A stretch of DNA of 64,000 nt from Xylographa opegraphella (GCA_022813865.1 JALDZX010000025.1:248001-312000); one strand, 5' to 3'. Counted from the first letter of the stretch, positions 12,438-25,243 are shown. Notes: generated by a model from the letters alone, not told the origin. Program-made: numbers and translations.

Positions 12438-14209
12438 ATGAGTAACACCATGGAGCTCACTCCACGACGGTTCCGGCCCTCTGGTTACACGATAGCGGCC
12501 TCCATCATCTCTGTCGGTGGCTTACTCAATGGGTAGGGCGCTCTGCATCGATTCTGCCTGTGAAACACAAACTGAATGTACTTCTAAAAGGTATGATACT
12601 GGCTGCATTGGGGCAGTGACAACCATGCCGTACTTCGAAACGACCTTTGGCGTGCTGTCCCCTACCATTCGCGGTTTCACCGTGTCTCTCATCATGCTCA
12701 TGGGAGCTGTCCCATCGTTCTTTTCTGGCCAACTGGCGGACCGTTTTGGTCATCTACACATCGTGATGGCTGGGGCTTTGGTCTTCACCCTCGGAGCAAT
12801 ACTCCAGGCCAGTGCTTCGCAGCTTTCTATGTTTCTGGTTGGCCGGGCTTTGGCTGGAATCGGCGAGGGGTTGTGGCTCACGAATGTCTCGGTGTAAGTA
12901 CTTTTTCTCTGTGTCTTCTTGCCATTCCAGAAGTGAGGCCTTGCGTATGATGATGATTGAACACCATCAAGGTATATCACTGAGATATCGCCCGCGGCAC
13001 GACGAGGAACTTTGGTTTCTTTACCGCAATTCATGGCAACGATAGGTGTCTGCACTGGCTACTTTACATGCTATGGCTCCATCCATATCGACTCCTCTTT
13101 TGCATGGCGACTTCCATTCATCATCATGGGAGTTCTCGCTGTCATATTGGCTGGCAGTTGCATTTACCTCCCGAAGTCGCCTCGGTGGCTACAGATCAAT
13201 GGTCGACGCGGCGAAGCTTTGCGTGTAGTAGAGCGCCTCGGTATCTCAAGCGCCGAAGCCGAGAAAGACATTTTCGCTCCATCGGTTGAGAATGCTCCGC
13301 CAAAGCCGGGCATGACCCTGAGAGATTTCTCCGTCATATTCAACAAGCAATATCGGATAAGAACTTCGCTAGGGATATTCATTCTAGGCATGGTACAGTT
13401 GTGTGGGATTGATGGTGTGCTATACGTAAGCTATTATACCTTAGAGCTCAGCTCTCTCGATACTTGACACTATCGAGATAACATCCACAGTATGCCCCCA
13501 CCCTGTTCACTCAGGCCGGCTTACCCGCTGGCACTGCATCTTTCCTCGCATCTGGGCTCTCAGCGATCCTCATGCTAGCGATTTCCATTCCCGCATCCCT
13601 CTACGCCGACCACTGGGGCCGTCGGACCTCCGTCATCACCGGCGGCATCGGACTGTCGGCTTGCATGTTTGTGATCGGAAGCCTCTATGCCGCCGACGGC
13701 GTCCATGCAAACACCGGAGCCGGACGGTGGTTTGTCATCGTCCTGATCTTCTGCTTTGCCCTCCTCTACGTCTCCACGTGGGGCATCGTGGCCAAAATCT
13801 ACGCGAGCGAGGTCCAGCCGGCGAAAACGAGAGCTGCGGCGAACAGCTTGGCTCAGGGCCTTAATTTCGTAAGTCCACTCACTCCAGCTTCGAAGTGCCA
13901 ACTCAGTCGTCCTCGGCGCTCCGTATAGAGATCTATCGCAAACCCCACAAGCGGGAAACTGCATGAGATCCCAGCTAATCTGGTTGCTAGTTCACCAACT
14001 GGCTCGTCGCGTTCGCGACTCCCATCTTCCTCGCCCATTCCTCGTACGGCACTTACTTCCTGTTCGGGGGCCTGTCCCTCTTCACGGTCGTCGTGCTCGC
14101 CATGTTCATGCCCGAGACGCGAGGCCAGTCGCTCGAGTCGATTCAAGATGCCTTCCACGCGCCGCATTGGGCATGGCAGATGCGGAGTATCGTGAGCAGT
14201 CTGGGATAG
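12438..14209 (+). CDS. MFS sugar porter family transporter
   Basis: GLLNG|YDTG, LADRFG, GRALAGIGEG, YITEISP..RRG, PKSPRWL, DHWGRR, PETRGQSLE motifs; four introns at about 12533-12590, 12894-12971, 13426-13490, 13869-13990. Confidence 0.93.
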
Positions 14210-15077
14210 AACGGCGGCGACGGATGGCTGAGCACAAGGACAGGCAGTGTGGCGTGGGATCTGGGGCGAGCTTTCTATGCCATGTCCTTCATTGTGCGCA
14301 ATATTTGGAAATATCGTGGTGGTGGTGATGATGATGGATCAAGTGACATTGGCCTTTGGAAAAAATCTCGTGGAGGGCCTCTACTTGTCCTATGTTGCAA
14401 GTGCAGTGATGCCAACCCAGTCCACGCCCTCAGAGATGGGTGTATCAAGCCGACTGTCCAGTGATGCGATGCTCAAATGTGTTTGAACGTTGATTTCAGA
14501 ATCATAGGAGTGTGCACAGACTTCAGTGCACCGAAGACGGCCATACCGGTGATATTCCCGTGCAACAATGTATATACATGTATGTGAAGAAAGCTCTTGC
14601 GATGCTCTCAGATGTGCCACCCGAGTTCAGTCGGACTCATGACCACCGATGTATCTCACAATATGTGAATTATTTCCATACCGCGTACCCAGGCCGTTGA
14701 ACTTGTACTATTGCTATCTGGGAGCCAGGAGAGGAATTACGCATGCTACATGCATGGCTGTTGATGCTGTGGCAATAAGGTGCTGGAGGCTTCCAACACG
14801 GAGGGATTGTTCGGTGCTAGCAACGTGCGATTCTCATGCCGTGTTACCTTGGGCGTTCAGTGAGTGACGGTTGAGCTGCGGCAGGGTATGAATAAACGCT
14901 CGGCTCAGCCTAAGGTATCAATAAGATTCCCGGCATTTATGTGAGAACCCGTACAGGTTGTATTTACACGTGTTGTCGTCCGGCTGTCCACCTAGAAATA
15001 ATCTTGCACCATCTACGTTTTACTTATCACTCTACCGCTCTGCATACACACGGTTCAGCTGCTTATCATCACCAAAT

Positions 15078-15675
15078 ATGGAGAGACCATCGACATCATA
15101 TCTAGGTAGGGCAACATGCAAGGTCGAGCAGAACCGGGACATGTGTACTGAACGTCAACATCGGCATAGGAAACATGGCAAAAGTGATCGGCTTCAAGGA
15201 AAATGTCGACTATGTTGACTGCGGAGCGATCAGAGTTATCGTCACGAACCAGGAGGGAGAAATTGTCATTGTCGTCGCACCAAAAGGCAACTACTACAAG
15301 CTTCCAGGAAGGAACCTTGAGGCTGATGAGTACCACCGGTTCGCAGTCGAGAGGGAGGCGATGGCGGCTACGGGCTGTAAAGTCACGATGGAGGGCGTGT
15401 GCATGGCAGCCACCGAGGAGTGGAGGGACGGCATTCACCGAACCTCCTATTGCTATCGAGGCCGTTTAGTGCAGGATACCAGGATACCTGAACGGCAAGA
15501 AGATCGAATGATGGATAGTCTCATACATGAGTGGATCTCTGTTGACCATGCAATCGAGGAGATGAAGGCGAGTCGGCCAACATCACAGTCGGGACGATTT
15601 AGCATGGAGCGAGACCTTTACTTTGTGGAGACATATGCGGGAGCTGGGAGTAGCCTCGTAGATTCGCACCCTTGA
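15078..15675 (+). CDS. Nudix-fold protein with degenerate Nudix box
   Basis: YYKLPGRNLEADEYHRFAVEREAMAATGC aligns to the Nudix signature; a short first exon MERPSTSYLG with intron 15106-15169 (GTAGGG..ACTGAA..CATAG) is in frame with the 15175 ATG. Confidence 0.75.
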
Positions 15676-16263
15676 TGAAGTCTGGATGGCAGAGCATGGC
15701 GTGTCTTCAATCCTGTAAGCATGTACATGTTAGCCAAGTGTAAGCTTCAAAACGATATTCAAAGCCTAGATGGCCAATGCAATGCTTTGGATATGTTAGA
15801 GTCTGTGTCCATCTTTGCAGACTTCAATAATAGGTAAGTAACAAGCACTCGTCGGAACAGAAAGCTGCGAATAATGGCAAAGAATAGTCCAACACATTTA
15901 TTACAGGCTGTCTCTACTTCTTGACAGAAGGAGTTCATGGAAGTCTCATTAAAGGACACCGAGCTAAGCTTTTCTTCGGTTCGGCGCTAGTGCGGGGCCT
16001 CACGTGATCTGAAGTGAGGATCAAAGCAAACCGCAAATTGACTGCTCATCTTTCAGATACCATCATACCACCACGTCTACAACACCCCGCATACTCAACC
16101 CGCCAGCAACGGTCCGCTGCGTAACAGGTGTATGGAAGAACAAGCGACATTGATGAGGAGGACGCTGTACAAAGGGCCAAGGCTTGCGCGGGTTGAGCCT
16201 TTTCTCTTGCCTGGTGCAGAGATCGTGAGCTTCTACTGAGTAACGAGAGGCGTGTTTGCAAAG

Positions 16264-18075
16264 ATGGCGCACCCGCAGCATCAGTATGCTCCTCGCTATT
16301 CGCCGCCTCCTCCAAGATCGACACCCTCACCGTACCCCGGCGCATACCAACTACCTCCCAATAAACGGCAAAGACTATCACCAAATCCTCAGTCGCCATA
16401 CACCTCCCCAAGTATCACAAACGGAACCTTACCAAACCAAATCTTTAGCAGTCCTCATTTTGGAGCTCAACCAAATGGTGTCCAATCCAGGCCTTATCCC
16501 GATGCGCCCCAACCCCACCAACCCGCCGGAGCGATGCTTCCACCTTCGCGGCCGATCGAAAAGCCGGTAGATGTGAACGATCTGTCGGACGTTTTATCTG
16601 GGTCAGGAGTGGATCTGAAGGAGGAAGAAGCGGCGCTTTTCAATCGCTTCCACAGTGCAAATTCACAACCGAACGGGAATTTCTTTGGATCGGAGCCCAA
16701 CACTTCATATGGCCTTAATGGAGCAACTGGACACCAAACCGGTACTTTCAATCCATACAACCAATTTGATACGTTATCGCAAAATGTCCCGGGAGACAAG
16801 AGCAGCTTTTATGGGGCAGGGACTTTCAATCAGCCGGCTGTATCTGCTAAGACTATGGAAGAACAGGCCAAAGAGCAACAAAGGCGGTCAATACGGCGGA
16901 AAGCCGAAAGAGAGCAATATCATCTCAACGAACCATTTCTGTACGGAGCCCTGGTAAGGCAGAAATTGGCCCAACAGACTCATGCAGCTCATATAAACTT
17001 CCCGACGGACGGATTGCTCACATCACAGGGTGCTCGACCGCAACAAGTGGCCGTTACTGGTCCAGATAATAATGAGGCTATAGTAATGCTCAATGGCCAA
17101 GACCTGCTATACACAAATTCGCCAATGGTAGAACTATTGACACTAGTGTCCCTTGCTGCACAGGAACGACTTCGAATGATCGTGGAAGACACAGCTGCAA
17201 TTGCGAGAGGAAGAAGACTAGGCTCGCACGGTGTCGTGCCACCTGAGCTTGCAGACCTAGCTGTTGGGAACGCACTCCCAGAGCCAGCCCTACTTCCTAC
17301 TCCCGGCAACAGTGCTGTGTCACCAAGAACAAATCCGCTAAAGCGTATGATATACCTCGCTGTGGCGATATTCTCGTGTTAACATCCATCAGGGTCCTTC
17401 TCCGAAGCGAACAAACTGCCGACACCAGTATCAGAAGAAGGAAATAAACACAATACCATTGCATTCCCTAATCAGACAGTGCAAATTCTTCGCAAATTCA
17501 CCACAATTGAGCGGTCAATTGAAGAAGAACGGGCTTCGAAACGGTCGAAACGGACTGTGAACGGTCTGTTGTCGGGAGATATCAGTCGCTCGGCATCGGT
17601 GTCAGGCGCTACGCCTGGGCCTGGTACTCCAGGCACCTTGGGAGAGCGAGCGCCGGATGTTGACGCGAAGAAGTTGAGCAAGAAGGACCAGAAGAAGCAG
17701 GCGGATTCCAAAGCCACCGAAGCTCAACAACACGCAGCCACAAACCAAACCCTCAAAATGCAGCTTGGTGGCACGTTCGGGAAAAAGCAGCCTTCATGGC
17801 TCACAAATACGAAGGCCACGGCAAGTGCAAGCGGATTTCCGGTACAATCGAGGATGGTTTCCGGTAGCCAATCTCACAACAAATCTGCAAACGGGGCTGG
17901 TCCCAATGGAGCCGGCGGCTTACCACAAAACAAGAGACAGTTCGGCGACTTCCGCGAGGATAAGGAAGGCGGCGCTGGTATTCAGATGCGAGACGTGGTG
18001 ATGGTACTGGATCCGGAGCCGAAGGAGAAGAAGACGCTGGCCAAGGCTTATGTCAGGTTGAGTTCCAAACGTTAG
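16264..18075 (+). CDS. taf4: Transcription initiation factor TFIID subunit TAF4
   Basis: LSDVLSGSGVDLKEEE motif, histone-fold region LVSLAAQERLRMIVE, AATNQTLKMQLGG, C-terminal FREDKE..GIQMRDVVMVL; intron 17345-17392. Confidence 0.85.
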
Positions 18076-19104
18076 TTCTGTGATGCGGGTGGTTTAAGGT
18101 AGGGACCAGCATGTGGGCGGCATTATTGCATTTTTTTTAGCGTGGCGTTGGGGATTCGGCCCGCTAATCGATTGGCTTGCATATCTGTATCTAGTGCTCT
18201 TGTCGGGTTTGCATCTTAAGGTGGAGGTTGCTCGGAGAGAATAGTCTGGGGCGTCTACAGATCGCTCGTTCATGTGCATGCGGCAATGAATGACTCGGGG
18301 TGAAAGGGATGAAGATGTATCCATGTTCAACATCAATGTTCAACCTCAGTCGGTTCCTCCCCCTTTTTAGCTAGAGATGTCACTATTCGCGCAGAACAAA
18401 CGCTACTGAGTGTTACTTTGCCAGGAAGATAAATCGAGTCTTTCCGGCACTGCCTACTCTTCGAAACTCTCTGCATAGTCCACTTTCCCCCTGCTTTCAA
18501 CGACGGTATCAAGATACGAGGGGAAAGGGTGGCGAGAGTGTGTATATTCCATGCACAATTTACGTTGATCTCAATGATGCTAAGTGTAGATTGTCGCTGT
18601 AAACCACACAACAAGCGAAGCTTCATGCTCGGATTGTCATATACCGAATGTTGGCCTGACCACTCAAACTCAATATTTGACTCGCTTCAATGCTCATGTG
18701 CTGACGAAAGCGGATTCAGCCGCAGTAGATGCTGTTATGCGCATGTGCAGCCAATAGGGGTTGAGATGGAGATTGCAATGGTGCTTAAGCGCCACAGATA
18801 CGACGTCGCGCACGGCTGGCGACTCCTATTGCTTGCAGCAGCTGAACACAACAACAATGCGGTGGGATCATTCTCGATAGTTGAACGATTTTTCTTCTGA
18901 TTGCGTCTTTGATTATTTACGATGAATTCTAATCTAGGTGTTGAATGTTCATGTGGATTTGCCAATTGACTTATCCTATTTTGACGCGCTTTCAGTGATG
19001 TAGAGTCCGACACAATCGCTCAAACGGGTCCATACGTGTGCTTTGAACTTCCGATTCAATCGAAATAAAATCTGCTTAATTTGTCTTTGGCTGGTCTTTC
19101 CGCC

Positions 19105-21156
19105 ATGAGCACATCTGCTACAGATGTGATCACGTATGTCGGAGTCCCCCTCGCGGTGCTCGGTGTGTTACCAATCCTCTGGACCGCCATCAAGACCCTC
19201 ACCCTCTCCTTTCGGATCCGCAAAGAACTGTCGCAAAATCTCTCCGGCATCGATCTTTCCGGCATCGACCTTCGCAGCTCTGTCTTCACCAACACGGATA
19301 TCCTCTCCGGCCAGGTCGACGTGAAGTATCAACACACCCGACTGTGGCCGCTGCAGACACAGCACAAGCAGTACTCACAGCTCAGACCACTCGCCTCGCG
19401 GTCGAGGCTGCGAGGGGGCTCCTGGACGATCCTCAATTGGAGTATTACGCAAGCCGATGAAGTGGACGAGGCGGTCAAGAAGTATGTGCTCATGCCCGGT
19501 GACCGGCTGCGCCAGCCGGCAGCCAGAATTGACTTTCCGGCGCTTGTGCGATTTCTCATGGATATCGGAGCCGTGGTGTGTCCTGCCGGTTTGGAGAAGC
19601 TCAAAGCCGAGGAGCAGCGAGTGGTGTCTGGTACAGATTTACTGAAGGCCCTGAACGGGGCGCCGGTCCTGGTGACTACGGGCCGCGATGATGACGAGGA
19701 TAATGAGGTCTTGTCACTCAAGTTGAGCTGGGACGGAGTCAAGGCGCTTGCCGAGGATATCCCAAACGACAAGATTCGGGTGCCTCCAAACTGGATCCGT
19801 ATTGGGCCCTGTCTGAATGCACACAAGGCAGCTAGGACGAAGTTCATTCCTCAGCAACAGTGGGGCAAGTCTTTTAATTTACGGCGCGTAGCTACCGCCA
19901 CCACCGATACTGCAAAGGTCGACGACACGGACGGCAACTCTTCCCATGAAGACAAGAAACTTCAAACCGCGAATGGCAGAACATGGTCCTCCAGCCATTT
20001 TAAGGGCTACGAGAATACCGACGAAATGATCGAGTATTTCGAGTACGACTCCACGACCGACGAAGCTGGGTGGAGGGATATCCTCGGCGAGCCGGGCAGT
20101 GACACGGATGAGGAAAAGTGGCAGGACCCATTACGGCATGCACAGAGCAAGAAGGTGCGGAAGGGACGCTTGGAGCGGCTCAAGGCGCAGTTCAGCAGTC
20201 CGGGGGATTGGTTTGAGAAAAACGACGTTGTCGAGCCGGGGCTGTTTTCTACATACCCCGACGGAGCCGGCCGTTCAGAAGATACGATCGGAGTGCTGCT
20301 CACTCGTAGTGGCATCCAGGAAGCTCGCTCGCTCGGAGAAGTCCATGAAAAAGCCATGCAGATCGACATTCAGCACTTACTCCCACCCAGCGAGAGCGAG
20401 AAACCCCCCATCGCCGCGAGCGAGGAGCATCCGGGGATATGGTTCAACTCCATTGCCAAGGCGCTGGCAACCAAGGATCAAGTCCTCTGCAGCTATCCTA
20501 TCCCCGAGACACTCTTCAGCTTCGCGCAAGCGGCCTACAAGCTCAAACCCAGCATCCCATGCGGCGTCCTCCTACACGTTAAACTGATCAAGCCGACCGA
20601 CTGCCCCAAGTGGCAGCCGGAAGACTACTGGGCCATCTTCATCGCCGAATCCGCAGCCGCGCGCAAGGCGGCGGTGATGAAATTCCCCAAGCCCGGGGGC
20701 CCGCAACCGGCCTTCCCCACCCTGACATACGCCGAGCCTCAACAACAGGAAGTCCGGCAGCGGGTCGAGAACAACCGGATCCCGCACGCGCTGGCGTCGC
20801 CGCCGTGGCCCGTCAACAAGATCGCCACCCTCGTGCTTCCGTGGCTGCAGGAGGAATTCGCGTTCGAGCGGGTGCCTACGGCGGCGGAGATGGCGGAGTG
20901 GACACTTCGCCGCATGCTGCTGTATCCGGCCGAGGCGGCGGAGGTAGCGAGGATGCTGAATAGGTGGTATGGTTGGAGTGAGTATAATGCTATTGAGGCG
21001 GCGGATGTTAAGACGATGAGCGGGCATAAGACGACCTTCGCTTTGGCGGCGTGCGTGCTGGATGTGCTGGGGGAGTATGCGAATACGGGGGGAAGCCAGG
21101 TGGCGGATGTGCTGGATCAGTGTTTGGCGCGATGGGGGGATGTGCTGCTAAATTAG
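19105..21156 (+). CDS. Fungal hypothetical protein with N-terminal hydrophobic segment
   Basis: Intronless ~683-aa ORF with GC-rich codon use; starts DVITYVGVPLAVLGVLPIL; contains GGSWTILNW, LRQPAARIDF and SIPCGVL blocks. Confidence 0.85.
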   Translation: MSTSATDVITYVGVPLAVLGVLPILWTAIKTLTLSFRIRKELSQNLSGIDLSGIDLRSSVFTNTDILSGQVDVKYQHTRLWPLQTQHKQYSQLRPLASRSRLRGGSWTILNWSITQADEVDEAVKKYVLMPGDRLRQPAARIDFPALVRFLMDIGAVVCPAGLEKLKAEEQRVVSGTDLLKALNGAPVLVTTGRDDDEDNEVLSLKLSWDGVKALAEDIPNDKIRVPPNWIRIGPCLNAHKAARTKFIPQQQWGKSFNLRRVATATTDTAKVDDTDGNSSHEDKKLQTANGRTWSSSHFKGYENTDEMIEYFEYDSTTDEAGWRDILGEPGSDTDEEKWQDPLRHAQSKKVRKGRLERLKAQFSSPGDWFEKNDVVEPGLFSTYPDGAGRSEDTIGVLLTRSGIQEARSLGEVHEKAMQIDIQHLLPPSESEKPPIAASEEHPGIWFNSIAKALATKDQVLCSYPIPETLFSFAQAAYKLKPSIPCGVLLHVKLIKPTDCPKWQPEDYWAIFIAESAAARKAAVMKFPKPGGPQPAFPTLTYAEPQQQEVRQRVENNRIPHALASPPWPVNKIATLVLPWLQEEFAFERVPTAAEMAEWTLRRMLLYPAEAAEVARMLNRWYGWSEYNAIEAADVKTMSGHKTTFALAACVLDVLGEYANTGGSQVADVLDQCLARWGDVLLN

Positions 21157-21272
21157 ACGTTGACGTTGAACTTGCTAGCACGCAGGATTTCTGGTTGAAG
21201 TTCGTGGATTTTCAGATGCCTTCCGGATCCATGTATATATGCCAGATATCCCAACTTCACATTCTCCTCCCA

Positions 21273-22016
21273 TCACTCCTTCTTCCCCTCCTTCACCGTT
21301 CTCCCCTCCTCCTCCCTCACCATCTCCCTAAACCGCATAATCGCCCCCCACCCCTCCACCACATGGCTCCCCACCCATAGCCACCAAAGCCCCGTCCCCA
21401 CCGGCACATTATACTTCCACAGCATCGGCAACATTATCCCCACACTCTCGCCCACATGCGCCACCACAAGCAGCCCAAACGCCGTCCCCAACCCCAACCG
21501 ACACCACCGCTCCGCCCTCGCGTCCAACCCCAACAGCTCACTAACCCTCCACCCCTCGCCCCCGAAATACTCCACCGCATACGCCACCATCACACACGCA
21601 ACCCCCACTGCGGCCACCATCTGCCAGCCCCGCGGCGCCCAGTACGCCGTGACAGCGAGCTCGCTGCGCCCACCGCGCTCGATGGCAGCAATGCACTCGG
21701 CGTCCATGGCGAGGAGGCGCTCTTCGACGACGGGGAGGGAGATGGAGGCGAGGGGAGGGGAGAGGGGAATGCGCTTGGTGGAATGCAGGACGAAGGATGA
21801 GGCGCTGCCGTTCGTGTACGCGATGCTGAGGGAGGAGGGCGTGAGGGCTGTGAGGCGCGGGCGTTGCGCGTCGAAGGCGGTGGCGTGGTGTTCGAGGAGG
21901 CGCGCGAGCGTGTCGGGGTAGGTGGTGTTGAGGTGGGCGAGGAGGCGCTGGTGTTCGGGGGAGGGGCGGTTGGCGGGTGGGGAGGATGCTGGGGGCGGGG
22001 AGGAGGGCGAGTCCAT
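21273..22016 (-). CDS. Integral membrane protein, DUF2470-like N-terminal domain plus TM helices
   Basis: RLLAHLNTTYPDTLARLLEHH...RIPLSPPL...VEERLLAMD, then hydrophobic helices with AHVGE, KYNVP and WLWVGSHVVEG. Confidence 0.75.
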   Translation of the reverse strand: MDSPSSPPPASSPPANRPSPEHQRLLAHLNTTYPDTLARLLEHHATAFDAQRPRLTALTPSSLSIAYTNGSASSFVLHSTKRIPLSPPLASISLPVVEERLLAMDAECIAAIERGGRSELAVTAYWAPRGWQMVAAVGVACVMVAYAVEYFGGEGWRVSELLGLDARAERWCRLGLGTAFGLLVVAHVGESVGIMLPMLWKYNVPVGTGLWWLWVGSHVVEGWGAIMRFREMVREEEGRTVKEGKKE

Positions 22017-23109
22017 GGTTGGGGTGTGGGTGTATTACTGGGCGGAGACGGAGGACTGGATGTTGGTGAGTCTGGAGGTGGAGGGTTCTGAACTGTGAAG
22101 GTGTGGTGTCGTGGGTCGTAGTTCATATAGATGTAGAGACTTTTGAAGTATCGAAAGCTGGGAGATGATGGAATTGACCAATCAGAAGCTGGAGGTCAGC
22201 ACATGTGATGCTGGGCTATATTCAGTCAGCCCTACAAGGCGTTGGCCTTTGCTCAGGCTATCACTCCTACCGCTTTCCCACCATTTCAATCTTTCTTCAA
22301 GGGACGGTAGAGGGAGCAGAGCTCCTTCTTACCACCACAGCAGGTTTGGACGTCTTACTCATGAAAGACACTTTCGAGCAATGATCGCTTCTGTGAAAAA
22401 GGCGCTATCATGACAGTATTTAATCCGGATATCTACTCACTATGGGGATGATTGCGTATGATGCCTACTGACTTGACAATCTGAAGATGGCTTCATTTGT
22501 TAAGGGGCTGCTAGTCGGCTTGGAAGTCGAATGCATCATTAGTGCCTTCGTACGTTTTGCATTCGCTTGGGCCTTTCTGAAGAAGTACAGTCTCATGAAT
22601 GGAGGCGGAAACCGCAATTCCTACAGACTATCCTCCTGACTACTTGTCGCGGCTACTTCATGGCGGACGACTGAGCGAGATTGATAAAATGGGCAAACGA
22701 GCTCTGTTTCAACATACGCATTTTTTGCTGTGACTTTGCCAATGCTTATTTTTCCATATGCTCCGACCCTACTCTTGGTACCTTGAGAGAGTGATTGTTC
22801 CAACCGCTCATTTATGTATCTCTGAATTTAACTATTATCGTTCTGTGGTAGGAGATCTCTAAAATTTGTATCGAAGAACAAAGAGGTGGTGGAGGCCGCA
22901 ACCGTTAGAAACTGCCAAAGAGAAACAAGTGGGCGGCAAAGTCACCTTGGCTCACAAAGGAACGTGAGAAATACTAAAAAAATGCAACTTAAACAGCCGC
23001 TCGACTCCAAGGACTAGATATGCAAAGACCGGAATAGGACTACCAGAGAACTGCATATCAAGAAGCCGCTCGACTCACAGGTTCGGAACTTGCAAAGGCC
23101 AGAATAACG

Positions 23110-24801
23110 ATGAGTTCCTTTTCCTCTGCCGGGACACTCCGAGGAAATTCGCACGGTACACCGTCCCCCGGGCCCGGATTTGGTTGCGAAATAGGCGATG
23201 CTGAAGCGGCTCAAGCAGCTGAGGAAGCCGAGAATGATATGCCAATACCATATTCAATCATTTTCAATCCGATACCTGCAATTGGTGCATTCTTTCTGCA
23301 TCAGGACTGGCTTCCCAGAAGCTTTTCTCTGTTATCGATTCCAGTGGCCGCACTAGTTCCGTTGCTCAGTTCTCTTACTGACAAATCAGCTTTCGCATGT
23401 TGGCTCGGGACAGTGGTCCTCTTGTTATCTTATACGACGCTGGTCCAAAGCAGTTGTTGGCTGATAAACTGTGCACAACTCCAAACCGCGTTCTGCTCGG
23501 CAATGCGGGGACCACATTATAACATGCCGCACACATACACGCACTCCTTGTTCGAAGACCTGATCAAAACTCCTCGAGGCAACATGAATCTCACAGACCA
23601 AGTATTCGAGTATCATTCGGCGTTCCAGAATATCACAATACTCTCTCGATTGGGACTACTCATCGAGATGCAGCCTGGTGGGTTTGTTCTCGCCCCCTGG
23701 CTATCCGATAGGAAATGGCAGAACGGAAAGAAGTTTACAGAAGCCTTTGATCGCTTACTTAATCTGTCGATCAACTCCAGCATAATGGCGATGGAACTCC
23801 CAAGGGCTTATGTTAGAGCTCTTGATGATACTGCTCGTTATTCGAAGAACGTTATGGAAGCGCTATATCCTCGCATTCCAAATCTGTTCACCTGGTATGA
23901 TAAGAACGCAGGCATCTACTATCCGCAACGGGCAGAACACCTTATGTCTGTTTATATCGATTACCATACCGTGATGCGTGGTACAATAAGGGCACTGCTC
24001 GAAGCACATGTCGAGCTTCACAGGAAATTTGATGCTATTGCGTCAGAACTTCAAACAATCTCCATTGCGGTTGACTTCGACAACACTCTGCCCAGGTACA
24101 AAGCCAGACAGAGCAAGTGGCAAAACTCCTCGAAGGGCTACTATATCCCTTTGTTGAACCCATACGCCCGCCGCCTCGCCGTTGCAGAAGCATACGACTA
24201 TTTCGTAGTGCTCAACGAAACGCTCGTGAGAACCTTCGACATGGTCAAGCGATCGGAATGCGAGCTGAGCTGCACACTCCCCCGGGTCGCAACCTACCAA
24301 TCGGAGGCATACGGCCCCCCGGACGTAGCTGACTCGGTGGAGGAGGTGCGGCGCCTGGAGCGGAACCTGAGCCCGATGGCCACGCAGGAACAAACCGCGC
24401 TCAAGCTACGCGACTATTTCCAGGTCGGGGCGCGGCAGTGTGAGGACGTGATAGAAAGGCTGTCGGCCGCGTGGCTGCGGAAGCAGAGGGAGGCATCGTG
24501 GGTTCTTTGGCAGAAACTGAAGAAGCCTCCTCCGACGCCGAGGAAGAGGAGGGCCGCCAGTGCCACTGTTGTAGATAAGCAAACCAGCGGTACTACTGCG
24601 GCGGAGACTGGGACCGGTGCCGGTGTGGATGACACTGCGAGCAGTACCATAGAAGAGCCGGAGAGCAGCACGCCCGAAGAAACAGAAAGCCGTGTCACCG
24701 ACGAACCAGAAAGCAGTGCCACCGACGAACCAGAGCATAGCACGGCCGACGAGGAAGAGGAATGTTGCACCGAGGAAGAAGAGTGTAGCGCCGACGATTA
24801 A
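23110..24801 (+). CDS. Hypothetical protein (N-terminal TM segments, helical core, acidic repeat tail)
   Basis: 563-aa uninterrupted ORF; hydrophobic stretches near aa 50-120; C-terminal EEPESST/DEPESSAT repeats. Confidence 0.7.
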   Translation: MSSFSSAGTLRGNSHGTPSPGPGFGCEIGDAEAAQAAEEAENDMPIPYSIIFNPIPAIGAFFLHQDWLPRSFSLLSIPVAALVPLLSSLTDKSAFACWLGTVVLLLSYTTLVQSSCWLINCAQLQTAFCSAMRGPHYNMPHTYTHSLFEDLIKTPRGNMNLTDQVFEYHSAFQNITILSRLGLLIEMQPGGFVLAPWLSDRKWQNGKKFTEAFDRLLNLSINSSIMAMELPRAYVRALDDTARYSKNVMEALYPRIPNLFTWYDKNAGIYYPQRAEHLMSVYIDYHTVMRGTIRALLEAHVELHRKFDAIASELQTISIAVDFDNTLPRYKARQSKWQNSSKGYYIPLLNPYARRLAVAEAYDYFVVLNETLVRTFDMVKRSECELSCTLPRVATYQSEAYGPPDVADSVEEVRRLERNLSPMATQEQTALKLRDYFQVGARQCEDVIERLSAAWLRKQREASWVLWQKLKKPPPTPRKRRAASATVVDKQTSGTTAAETGTGAGVDDTASSTIEEPESSTPEETESRVTDEPESSATDEPEHSTADEEEECCTEEEECSADD

Positions 24802-25243
24802 ATGCACAGTAAAACAAAACCAAACGCTTACCTTCCCTCAATCTCACTACAAAACACAGAAACCAGTTCTTAGACCCCCACGTTCCACGCCCGTGCACCA
24901 CGCAATATATCTCCATGTGCCCACTCGTCACCCATCCCCTCACTCCTAAACCATCTATCCTCCCCTAACCCACCCCCCACCCCCCCCACTCCCTCCCACT
25001 GCACCTACACGCACCTGCGTACACACCCTAAACCTCAGGCCCCCAAACCCCCCACACCCAACCAAACCCTATCCCCTTATTTCCCCAAGTGAAGCACTCA
25101 ACCCCTCTCTCTACCTTCCCTTCCCATCCCCCCCGGCGCCTTCTACGCGCATACAGACACCTCAACATCACCCACCTAACCCGGTCCCGGTTTGCGAGCC
25201 TGGCACCCAGCTCTGAGCCCTAGGTCCGACGAGGGCGGGCGTA

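Noticed and set aside
18333..19013. Short minus-strand ORFs between TAF4 and the 19.1-kb gene
   Set aside because: Could not assemble a spliced or degraded gene with any recognisable motif
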